Source of the DNA: an uncultured Gammaproteobacteria bacterium
GTDB lineage: Bacteria; Patescibacteriota; Patescibacteriia; Magasanikbacterales; UBA922
Assembly (NCBI GenBank): GCA_964344965.1
Contig: CAYFPJ010000004.1
Coordinates: forward strand, 11,532 to 75,531
Direction: 5' to 3'
DNA length: 64,000 nt
How positions within the stretch are numbered: the stretch's first letter is position 1; each line of letters opens with the position of its first letter. Below, in pieces: positions 21,041 to 29,686 of this stretch. A program made the translations under genes and the position numbers. The notes beneath the pieces were generated by a model, which saw nothing but the letters and a program-made list of their open reading frames with translations, ran no database searches and was not told where the DNA came from.

Positions 21041-24017
21041 ACCACTCCTGACAGGAATATTTATAATTGCAATACTAATCGCTCAACCCACTAGTGCAGA
21101 AGAGGTCAATATAGAGATGACTGCAAATAGTGAAGAAATTGTGGTGGAATCAATTGCAATAATATCTGAAGAAGAGATCATCCCAGATGATATTTTCATT
21201 ACAAATGAAAATATCACTGAAATGCAGAATGATGTTTCTGAAAATGAAACTAAATTTATCTTCGAAGAAACAATAGATGGTAATAATTTCGAAATAATTG
21301 CTGATGTCAGTAGTGGGAATAAAACAACTACATTCAGTATAGAAAACCTTTCAGATGCAGTTGCGATAGATTCTGTAGAACTCGAAGAAAAAAATGCTGA
21401 AGAAGATAACACAGGTACAGATATTCAAGATGAAAAAAATATAGAATCAAACATAGAAACCACCACCATCCACCTCCAACTAGAAACTATCGACGGTACC
21501 ATATTTGATAAAGAAGATTATGTGGTGGAAAGTTGTGAGTATGCTGATCAGTATGTCCTTACTGCTTGGTGCGCAATCCAGCAAGTAGCTGAAGAAGAAG
21601 GTTTGGGGCTGGATTATACAGATTATGGTGGTGATCTTGGTATATTTTTGGTATCAATCACATCAGATTTTGGTACACACAATTATCCAAGTTTCTTTGT
21701 AAATAATGAATGGGGACCCGGTCTTAGCAACTATCATTTACAAGAATATGATCATATTTTACTTGTCGGAGAGACATACCCCCTAAAACTAGATGTATCC
21801 ACGACTACGCCAGAAATAGGTACTACTACGACCATATCTGTCTATGAGGCAGGTTATGATGAGAATTGGAATGCTGGTTGGTTTTTGTCTGTGAGCAGTA
21901 CAATACTTGTCAATGGAGAAACCGTAGACAGTGACAGTGGAGTTTATCCGCTTGATGTTACCACTACTAGTGAATATCTGGTCCATGCTGTGAAAGATGG
22001 ATTTGTGGGGACTGGGGAGTTGACTATTAGTCCTTATAAAATAGAGGAAGCAGCTGCAGAGGTCATAAACTACCCCACCACCACCATCCACCTCCAACTA
22101 GAAACTATCGACGGTACCATATTTGATAAAGAAGATTATGTGGTGGAAAGTTGTGAGTATGCTGATCAGTATGTCCTTACTGCTTGGTGCGCAATCCAGC
22201 AAGTAGCTGAAGAAGAAGGTTTGGGGCTGGATTATACAGATTATGGTGGTGATCTTGGTATATTTTTGGTATCAATCACATCAGATTTTGGTACACACAA
22301 TTATCCAAGTTTCTTTGTAAATAATGAATGGGGACCCGGTCTTAGCAACTATCATTTACAAGAATATGATCATATTTTACTTGTCGGAGAGACATACCCC
22401 CTAAAACTAGATGTATCCACGACTACGCCAGAAATAGGTACTACTACGACCATATCTGTCTATGAGGCAGGTTATGATGAGAATTGGAATGCTGGTTGGT
22501 TTTTGTCTGTGAGCAGTACAATACTTGTCAATGGAGAAACCGTAGACAGTGACAGTGGAGTTTATCCGCTTGATGTTACCACTACTAGTGAATATCTGGT
22601 CCATGCTGTGAAAGATGGATTTGTGGGGACTGGGGAGTTGACTCTATCACCAATAACAACGACAGGAGATCAGACAGAAGAAGAAATAGAAGATGATCCT
22701 CCTGGCAATGGCGGGAGCGGAGGAGGCACTTCAAAACCAAATACAGAAACATCTCTAGAAATAATGATTAACAAAGCTTTTGAATACTTGTATAATGAAC
22801 AGCTGGAAGATGGCAGCTTTGAGATAACTCCATTTACAGACTGGGTGGCGATTGCCTTTGGTAAGTATGATTTTTCTGATGATCTCTTTACAACAGCAAA
22901 AAATAATTTAAAAACATTTCTGCAAGATGTATCTGAAAATGAATTAACACTTTTAACTGATTATGAACGGCACATCCTTGCCCGATCAGCACTTGATCTT
23001 GACGGGTATATTTACCAACAAAATATTTTAGATAAATTTGATGGTCAGCAATTTGGTAGTCCCGCTTTGATCAATGATGATATATTTGCTATTATTTCTT
23101 TGTGTGAAATTGGATACTGCATAAATGAGATAGAAACTGCGGCTGAAAATATCCGGAATGATTTTGTAGCTGATAATTTTTATGGTATTGATCTGACTGC
23201 TGCGGCCATTCGAGCTTTATTATTTATATATCCAAGCACAGATGAAGCTATTGCAAATGCCAAAGTACATCTCCAGAAAAACCAAGAATTAGATGGTGGA
23301 TTCAATAGTGAGGACGGAAGAGTAGATTCCACTAGCTGGGTAATGGATGCCATTGGTAAGATTGGCGATACTAGCTTTGACGGATGGACAAATAATGGTA
23401 AAACACCTTTGGATTACCTATCTGAAGTTCAAAATGACGATGGTAGTTTTGGAGAAACCAACAAAGTATGGTCTACAGCCTATGGTCTCATAGCTCTATC
23501 GCATGACTGGTCACTAGAGCCTGGCACAGAAAATAATCTTGTCAACGAAGATGAAACTACCAAAGAAAATAATTCTACAAATCAAAGTAGTGGATCAAAT
23601 ATTGTCATAAATACTACCACTACTACAGAAATAATGATTGACGAGAATCCTACTTCTACTCTTGATTTTATTATTGAGACCCCAAACAGCACTCCATCTT
23701 CAACTACCAAAGCAGAACAATCGGAAGAAAGCAATGATGAAGAAAAAAAAGGTAATGAAAATGTGAATAATAAGTCTACCAAAGACACAGTTTCTGTCGA
23801 AATAGTTCCTGAAGTGACACCAGTGAGGGCAATACTAGGTAAAAAAATTAATGACCAAGGTAATAGTATCGAAAAAGAAATAATAACTGATGAAAAAAAT
23901 GAAAAACAAAAAATAGTGCCAGTAAAAAATGAAAATAAATCATTCATAAATATAATCATGAACTTCATTTACAACATATTTTCTTCTGGTTTAAAATTTT
24001 TAAGTAATCTGATATAA
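21009..24017 (+). CDS. large secreted/anchored surface protein: signal peptide, acidic region, 2x (DUF4430-like + Ig-like) modules, Gly-rich linker, alpha/alpha-toroid (prenyltransferase/terpene-cyclase-like) domain, Thr/Ser-rich stalk, C-terminal TM anchor
   Basis: 1002-aa ORF; internal near-identical 206-aa tandem duplication; LEDGSFEITPFTDWVAIAFG... repeats resemble prenyltransferase alpha-alpha repeats. Confidence 0.7.
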   Translation: MNGSMKMKNFKPLLTGIFIIAILIAQPTSAEEVNIEMTANSEEIVVESIAIISEEEIIPDDIFITNENITEMQNDVSENETKFIFEETIDGNNFEIIADVSSGNKTTTFSIENLSDAVAIDSVELEEKNAEEDNTGTDIQDEKNIESNIETTTIHLQLETIDGTIFDKEDYVVESCEYADQYVLTAWCAIQQVAEEEGLGLDYTDYGGDLGIFLVSITSDFGTHNYPSFFVNNEWGPGLSNYHLQEYDHILLVGETYPLKLDVSTTTPEIGTTTTISVYEAGYDENWNAGWFLSVSSTILVNGETVDSDSGVYPLDVTTTSEYLVHAVKDGFVGTGELTISPYKIEEAAAEVINYPTTTIHLQLETIDGTIFDKEDYVVESCEYADQYVLTAWCAIQQVAEEEGLGLDYTDYGGDLGIFLVSITSDFGTHNYPSFFVNNEWGPGLSNYHLQEYDHILLVGETYPLKLDVSTTTPEIGTTTTISVYEAGYDENWNAGWFLSVSSTILVNGETVDSDSGVYPLDVTTTSEYLVHAVKDGFVGTGELTLSPITTTGDQTEEEIEDDPPGNGGSGGGTSKPNTETSLEIMINKAFEYLYNEQLEDGSFEITPFTDWVAIAFGKYDFSDDLFTTAKNNLKTFLQDVSENELTLLTDYERHILARSALDLDGYIYQQNILDKFDGQQFGSPALINDDIFAIISLCEIGYCINEIETAAENIRNDFVADNFYGIDLTAAAIRALLFIYPSTDEAIANAKVHLQKNQELDGGFNSEDGRVDSTSWVMDAIGKIGDTSFDGWTNNGKTPLDYLSEVQNDDGSFGETNKVWSTAYGLIALSHDWSLEPGTENNLVNEDETTKENNSTNQSSGSNIVINTTTTTEIMIDENPTSTLDFIIETPNSTPSSTTKAEQSEESNDEEKKGNENVNNKSTKDTVSVEIVPEVTPVRAILGKKINDQGNSIEKEIITDEKNEKQKIVPVKNENKSFINIIMNFIYNIFSSGLKFLSNLI
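21459..22650 (+). repeat. near-perfect tandem duplication (2 x 618 bp) inside the 21009-24017 CDS
   Basis: Copy 1 begins at 21459 and copy 2 at 22077; about 574 bp identical at nucleotide level before divergence at 22033 / 22651. Confidence 0.9.
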
Positions 24018-24415
24018 TGAATTACACTCCAAAAAAAGTCAATATGTATACAAAATTAGGTAAAATTGGAATGGTAATTACCACTGTACTAATCATTGGT
24101 GTTGGATGCAATAGTGTCAAAAAAATCACCTATATTTATAACGTAGAAATCTTCAAGTCAGACATGTATTCTGATACTCATAAGATAGAAATGGAAAAAG
24201 ATAACACAAATCTAGCAGTTCTAACAAAAAAAATTGATCCAGAAGCACAAACACAGTCTATAAACGGACAAGAAACAGTGACAAAGCTAGAAGGAGTAAT
24301 CTCTACTCTCAGCAAAGAATGGAAAATATATATAAATAGTACTAGTCCAGAATTCATTAATCTTGCCGACGTGACGGTCCAAGCTTCAGACCAGATTGAA
24401 TGGCGCTACGAATAA
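24017..24415 (+). CDS. small DUF4430-like protein
   Basis: 132-aa ORF with N-terminal TM/signal; C-terminal ...QASDQIEWRYE pattern like the DUF4430 proteins upstream. Confidence 0.5.
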   Translation: MNYTPKKVNMYTKLGKIGMVITTVLIIGVGCNSVKKITYIYNVEIFKSDMYSDTHKIEMEKDNTNLAVLTKKIDPEAQTQSINGQETVTKLEGVISTLSKEWKIYINSTSPEFINLADVTVQASDQIEWRYE

Positions 24416-24423
24416 AAAATATT

Positions 24424-24960
24424 ATGAAAGATAAAAATAAAGTGTTGATAGTCCTTTTATTAATTCTAATTGGAGCCTCAGCCAGATTATTCCCACACCC
24501 TGCCAACTTCGCTCCAATCGGAGCGATAGCAATATTCGGAGCACTGTACCTGCCGCGAAAAATTGCTCTTGTTGCTCCCCTACTAGCTATGTTTGCTAGT
24601 GACATCTTCATTGGATTTTATAGTTGGCAGATGATGGTGGCAGTGTATTTTGGGTTTGTAATCATGGGGATGATTGGTCTTCAAGTCAGGAAAAATAAAA
24701 AATTTAGTACTATTCTCGGCGGGACCTTACTAGGATCTTTCCTATTTTTCTTATTAACCAATGCTGCTGTTTGGGCTTTTGGGACCATGTATACTCTTGA
24801 TCTATCTGGACTAATGCAGAGTTATTACATGGCTATTCCGTTCTTTAGGAACAGCCTTGCCGGTGATTTATTTTATACTGCTGTACTAGTAGGTGCTTTT
24901 GAAGGATTGCAATATTATTATAGGATTCAGAATACAAAAAAAGAAATCTTGAATTCTTAA
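24424..24960 (+). CDS. polytopic membrane protein, putative ECF-transporter S-component-like (5-6 TM)
   Basis: ~178 aa, hydrophobic throughout; genomic association with DUF4430 genes and the riboswitch. Confidence 0.45.
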   Translation: MKDKNKVLIVLLLILIGASARLFPHPANFAPIGAIAIFGALYLPRKIALVAPLLAMFASDIFIGFYSWQMMVAVYFGFVIMGMIGLQVRKNKKFSTILGGTLLGSFLFFLLTNAAVWAFGTMYTLDLSGLMQSYYMAIPFFRNSLAGDLFYTAVLVGAFEGLQYYYRIQNTKKEILNS

Positions 24961-24980
24961 ATCATACAAATAATATTATA

Positions 24981-25011
24981 AAAAACTCTCTTAAATTAAG
25001 AGAGTTTTTTT
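24981..25011. terminator. bidirectional intrinsic terminator
   Basis: Hairpin ACTCTCTTAA-A-TTAAGAGAGT flanked by an A-run and a T-run. Confidence 0.7.
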
Positions 25012-25033
25012 GTCAGCAATTGTTGAAATATTC

Positions 25034-25228
25034 TTATTTTTCTTCTGGAGAAGAACCTTCTGGCAGATCACCTTCTTCAGGAGTTGCAGGAGGAAAAACA
25101 TCTGCATTAGGATCACTTCTTTCTCTTTGTGCTTCAGCCCCTATGCAATCACAACCTTCTTTCAAGGGCTTGCCACAAGTTGTACAACACTTTACCTCAC
25201 CCTCCTTACCACTTCCATATGACACCAT
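25034..25228 (-). CDS. hypothetical small Cys-rich protein (KCCTTCGKPLKEGCDC)
   Basis: 64-aa ORF at the 3' end of a minus-strand operon; overlapped by plus-strand ORFs, so uncertain. Confidence 0.3.
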   Translation of the reverse strand: MVSYGSGKEGEVKCCTTCGKPLKEGCDCIGAEAQRERSDPNADVFPPATPEEGDLPEGSSPEEK

Positions 25229-25316
25229 ATATTTTTTATTAATTATAATACTATTTTTAACATTGATCTAAGACTTAAAATTCTATGAACTATGAACCAA
25301 GAACTGTGCACTCAGA

Positions 25317-26747
25317 TCACCCAAAGATCTGATCCCCATCATCATAGGTAATATCACCAGAATCAGTCATGTATTTTGGGGCAGTTTTTTCAAATTCTGC
25401 CACCTTATCTTCTGGTGCAGACAATAGTTCAATAGGTAGACCAACAGGCGGCTCGGAAGTCTTGAGACTGGCTGTCTGAATCTGTGGAGTAGCAACATGA
25501 GACATTGGAAAATGCCAAATTGTAGCCAATTCTTCAATATTCAAGACATAGCGCTTCTTACCTATCCAAGGATTACGTTTTTTATAGGCTTTCATCATTA
25601 TATTTTTTCTAAAGTTATCCCTTCTTTCTTTCATGAAATATTCTGTCGATGTAATATATTTTGGCAAAAGAGCATTGGAGTAGGGATTGTTGAACTGATT
25701 CACTGCCCCCACCAAAGAATTTATTCCTCTAGATGGATTGTATACTTCTTTTTTGGCAACATAGACTGTCCTAATCTTGGTCTTAAATCCGAGCTTGCTG
25801 ATCTTATTTTCCATAGCTTCAAGCAACTTCTTCTTCCCAGGTGTTAAGTACAAAATTTGATTGGGAGGTCCATCATCCTTAGAAGAAGAAGTGGATCCAC
25901 CCTCTGTACGAATTCCTCCAGCCAACTGGGCACTGACCTCTTCAAAACTTCTGGCAAACTCATTTGTGAGAGGGTTATCAAAGACCCAACCAAGCATGCC
26001 TGGCTTACTCTTTTCTTTTTCACCAATAAGTTCTTTGATCTTCTTTATGCATCCCTTTTTCCAACGAAATTCCTGTAGAGGCTCGATAATAATTTGATAC
26101 CACATCTGCTCTCCTGGTCCAATCCTACTGAAACTCTCCAAAAAAGTACCCATAGGATCTTTCAAGACAGTATCTTTTGAGATGTTGTGTTCAAACTCTT
26201 GGTACATACGAATTGGATAGGCCTCATGCTGTGTCAAGACAAAATCAGCTGCCCACATCTTGTGAGTGTCACTTGGATACTTGTCTGGAATTCCTTCTGT
26301 ATAATCCTCTACCTCAGTAATTTCTGCTTCTGGATATTGAGCATAGACAGCTGCTTCGATCACATCCTGGTATTTATCAAGTGTGCGAATCAAAAACTGG
26401 ATATAACCCTCAATACTCACAATCTCAAAACTAAATTGGTTTTGATAAAATCCATGCCAATACTTCGTACCAATACTTGGTACCTCCATCACACTGAATA
26501 TGTGAGTAAATAGCTGCTCCACAGCTTTGGGGGTCTGTACATTCATCGGAGGAATATCTATAGCCAAAAGCACGTGTTTAAAATCTTTTTTTAAAATTTT
26601 CCTCTTGTAGGAATAGAGCTCATAAAAACCGGCGTACAACAAAAGATACACCAACACAGACCAACCTCCTGCTGCTATAAATCTATAAATTATTTCAAAA
26701 GTTGACTCGCTTGTTATGTAGTCAATGATGATATCCATAGCTGACAA
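25317..26747 (-). CDS. hypothetical N-terminally membrane-anchored protein
   Basis: 476-aa ORF with 2 N-terminal TM helices and a large soluble domain. Confidence 0.6.
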   Translation of the reverse strand: MSAMDIIIDYITSESTFEIIYRFIAAGGWSVLVYLLLYAGFYELYSYKRKILKKDFKHVLLAIDIPPMNVQTPKAVEQLFTHIFSVMEVPSIGTKYWHGFYQNQFSFEIVSIEGYIQFLIRTLDKYQDVIEAAVYAQYPEAEITEVEDYTEGIPDKYPSDTHKMWAADFVLTQHEAYPIRMYQEFEHNISKDTVLKDPMGTFLESFSRIGPGEQMWYQIIIEPLQEFRWKKGCIKKIKELIGEKEKSKPGMLGWVFDNPLTNEFARSFEEVSAQLAGGIRTEGGSTSSSKDDGPPNQILYLTPGKKKLLEAMENKISKLGFKTKIRTVYVAKKEVYNPSRGINSLVGAVNQFNNPYSNALLPKYITSTEYFMKERRDNFRKNIMMKAYKKRNPWIGKKRYVLNIEELATIWHFPMSHVATPQIQTASLKTSEPPVGLPIELLSAPEDKVAEFEKTAPKYMTDSGDITYDDGDQIFG

Positions 26748-26749
26748 AA

Positions 26750-26911
26750 TTATACTTCAAGTATTTTGTAAACTCCCAAGTATACAACAATCACAAAAAA
26801 GCCGGACCACCACCAACCAAGCTGGCCAGACTTGTATCCAGCAAAGAATGCAAGCAGACAGACAAAAGCAGCAATGAAAGAGATAAAATGTCTAATAAAT
26901 TCTTCAGACAT
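26750..26911 (-). CDS. hypothetical 53-aa small membrane protein (not in the ORF track)
   Basis: ATG at 26911 and stop at 26750, 3 nt before the start of the 25317-26747 gene; one TM helix plus a WWW motif. Confidence 0.4.
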   Translation of the reverse strand: MSEEFIRHFISFIAAFVCLLAFFAGYKSGQLGWWWSGFFVIVVYLGVYKILEV

Positions 26912-27129
26912 AATAAATATTTAACTAATGAATATAGGACTGATATTAAGTTTTACCTATTTTTGACCAAAAGAGAGCCAAAATATTAACTTATTTTTTA
27001 GACACAATTGTGTAAGTCCAAAGACGAGTTTCGGGGCTAAAAAATAAGTTAGTATTTTGGTGGGTTTGAAAAACTTGATATGAGTTCATAGTTTTAGAAG
27101 TATATCACAAAATCTACCTGGTAACTATC

Positions 27130-27492
27130 TCAAGAAGCAGAAACAGATGATAATAATTCTTTTACAGAATTTATATCTGCTTTTATTTTTTTTATTAATT
27201 CTCTGTCAGATTCAAACTTCTCAATCGAAGCAACCTGCTGGACAGGATCTATCTCCAGATAGTCACCATAAAAATCAGGCCCTTTATAATCAATCAAGTA
27301 AATTTCAACCTTCCAAACAGGATCTTCTCTCACCACCATTGAGCAAGGATATTTCTTTTTTTTAAAATGACACCAAGCAGCATATACACCTGAGCCAAAC
27401 TTTACTTCTTTTTTTGTACAATCCAAATTGGCCGTAGGAAATCCATAGACCTTACCCATTTTGTCTCCACCTATCACTATTCCACCAAACAT
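27130..27492 (-). CDS. riboflavin kinase domain protein (second paralog)
   Basis: GKVYGFPTANL motif; paralog of 13603-13953. Confidence 0.7.
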   Translation of the reverse strand: MFGGIVIGGDKMGKVYGFPTANLDCTKKEVKFGSGVYAAWCHFKKKKYPCSMVVREDPVWKVEIYLIDYKGPDFYGDYLEIDPVQQVASIEKFESDRELIKKIKADINSVKELLSSVSAS

Positions 27493-27652
27493 AATATAAA
27501 TTTAAAACTTGTGAACCCCTTCCTGGGCCAGAGAGCCCGAGGGCGTCAGGGTCAAAAGAAATGGAACTGTGGCAGGGCCACAAAGTGTTTATTTCACTAT
27601 AGATATTTTATTCTAGTATCTGTGTAATCTATTTTAATCTGTGTAATCAATG

Positions 27653-28120
27653 TCATAAAAGAGCCATCTCCACTGCTGCCTTACCCCACTCATAGCCACT
27701 ATTTTTTGAGCCACTAGAACGCTCTATGGCCTGATCCTCTGTCAGACAAGTTAGAACTCCGTAAATTATAGGAATATCGTTGTATATACTTAATTTCATG
27801 ATAGCATTAGTGACTGTCTCAGCAATATACTCAAAATGCATAGTTTCACCCTTGATGAGAGACCCTAGACAAACAACTACATCAAGATTATTTTCTTTGA
27901 TTATTCTGCTAGTGGCAAATGGTATTTCAAAAGCTCCGGGAACATTGCGTATTATGATATTTTTCTCCAAAACTTCTGATTCTAGCAGAGCCAATTTACA
28001 CCTCTCAAGCAAGGCGTCTGTAATATGACTATTCCAACGACTTGTCACAATACCTACTTTCAATTTTGCACCACTCATCTTACCAAATTCTATACCCTTG
28101 CCCATACAAATAGCGATCAA
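27653..28120 (-). CDS. ribH: 6,7-dimethyl-8-ribityllumazine synthase
   Basis: KVGIVTSRWNSHITDALL...VPGAFEIP...VVCLGSLIKGETMHFEY; true start may be the ATG at 28078. Confidence 0.85.
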   Translation of the reverse strand: MIAICMGKGIEFGKMSGAKLKVGIVTSRWNSHITDALLERCKLALLESEVLEKNIIIRNVPGAFEIPFATSRIIKENNLDVVVCLGSLIKGETMHFEYIAETVTNAIMKLSIYNDIPIIYGVLTCLTEDQAIERSSGSKNSGYEWGKAAVEMALL

Positions 28121-29383
28121 CTAATTAAGTAAAATTTCGACTGCTTTTTCAAGTCCTTTATCAATATAATCAACACTTTCTAGATCCTCCTCCCCTTCTG
28201 GTGACACAAACATTTCTTCTACAATTATATCCGGCACAATCCCCTCTCCATCTATCATCCTGTCATCTGGAGTCAACCATTTGGCAATAGTAAGTTTTAT
28301 GGCAGACCCATCTGGGAGTACTTCAAAATCCTGAACAGAGCCTTTCCCAAAGGTCTGAACTCCTACAATGGTAGCCAATCCGTGATCTTGAAGAGCTCCA
28401 GCCACTATCTCTGACCCTGAGGCTGTGCCTCCGTCAACAAGTACTACAGTAGGGATATCTGCTAATCTATGTTTACCTCTTGTCTTGTGCTCGTTACTTT
28501 TTATATTGGCAAATTGCTCTTTCACTATCACTCCACTGGTGACCCATTCACTAGCTATATCAATAGAAGTCTCCAAAAAACCACCAGGATTGAGACGAAG
28601 ATCAAGCACAATACCTTCTGGAGGAGACAAAGCCATCCCTCGGACTACTTTATCAAATTCAGGCCAGGTTGTTTCATTGAAATAACTTACCCTGATATAG
28701 GCAATATTATCTTCTCTCATTTCAAACAAAACAGTTGGCACGTTTATAGTATCACGAATAATTTCTATGTCTTCGGCAGTATCAAATCCATTGTGAGTGA
28801 CAGTAAGTGTCACCACCGTACCACCCCCCCCTCGAATTTTGGACACAGCATCTTCGAGAGACATACCAAATGTCTCTTCTCCATCAATAGCATATATCTT
28901 ATCTCCTGCCACCAAACCTGCTTTCTCGGCTGGAGATTCTGGCAAAGGCGCCACAATGATTAGTTGCTCATTACGAATACCAATCTCCGCTCCAATTCCT
29001 TCAAATTCTCCAGAAAGCCCCTCGGTAAATTCTTTGGCTTTTACAGGAGGAAAATATGTAGAATAGGGGTCGTCTATACCCTCCACGAGTCCAGAGATTG
29101 CCCCATAAAAAAGATCTACATCGCTAATTGACTGATGATCGACATGCTTTTTCTTGATCTTGTCCCATATTTCCCAAAATTGCTCAAAACTAACTTCTGG
29201 AGACCTTGTCTCAGAATAGAGATCAATAACTTTGCCCAATTCAACCTCACCATTGCTATCAAAAATTTCACTTTTAAGTGCATACCCTTGGCCAATATAA
29301 AAACCAAAAGCAAAAAATAAAGCTAGTCCAATTAGTATTTTCCAAGTATTTATTTTGGATGAATTTTTTGTTGATTCTTCCAT
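28121..29383 (-). CDS. ctpA: C-terminal processing peptidase (S41 family, CtpA/Prc-like) with a PDZ domain
   Basis: PDZ region GLVAGDKIYAIDGEE; S41 motifs VVLVDGGTASGSEIVAGALQD and GKGSVQ. Confidence 0.85.
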   Translation of the reverse strand: MEESTKNSSKINTWKILIGLALFFAFGFYIGQGYALKSEIFDSNGEVELGKVIDLYSETRSPEVSFEQFWEIWDKIKKKHVDHQSISDVDLFYGAISGLVEGIDDPYSTYFPPVKAKEFTEGLSGEFEGIGAEIGIRNEQLIIVAPLPESPAEKAGLVAGDKIYAIDGEETFGMSLEDAVSKIRGGGGTVVTLTVTHNGFDTAEDIEIIRDTINVPTVLFEMREDNIAYIRVSYFNETTWPEFDKVVRGMALSPPEGIVLDLRLNPGGFLETSIDIASEWVTSGVIVKEQFANIKSNEHKTRGKHRLADIPTVVLVDGGTASGSEIVAGALQDHGLATIVGVQTFGKGSVQDFEVLPDGSAIKLTIAKWLTPDDRMIDGEGIVPDIIVEEMFVSPEGEEDLESVDYIDKGLEKAVEILLN

Positions 29384-29508
29384 AAACTAAAGCAAATTAG
29401 GCAGAGTACGCAGAATAGGCCAAATAAGCAAAAGATGTAGTGGCATTAATTTCGTATCCTTAATCTGCATACTCTGCTTATTCTGCTTTGACTATCCAAG
29501 TTTAATAA

Positions 29509-29652
29509 ATAAAAGTAAATTTGGTTTAAGTAAGACTTCATCGTGCCATCCCCGCAGCAAGCTGCGGGGTATTGGCATAAAATTCTATTTCAACCAATGT
29601 GAGTCTTCACTTTTTCGATGCAAGCATCGAGGAATAAAACCACTTAAAGATT
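29509..29652 (+). repeat. ~145-bp interspersed repeat, copy B (most divergent, ~8 substitutions)
   Basis: Sequence identity to copies A, C, D and E. Confidence 0.9.
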
Positions 29653-29686
29653 TAATGATATCTAACATCTCTGACAAATCTAAAAA

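Noticed and set aside
27493-27652. FMN riboswitch between ribH and the flavokinase paralog
   Set aside because: The RFN consensus blocks (GGGGCAGGGUGAAAUUCCC, AGCCGACAGU, AGUCUGGAUG) are not present on either strand. Kept only as a GC-rich structured element.
28824-28831. C8 homopolymer (G8 on the coding strand) inside ctpA as a phase-variation site
   Set aside because: The gene is intact and in frame across the tract (encodes GGGG), and a housekeeping protease is an unlikely contingency locus. Noted only as a sequencing-error-prone site.
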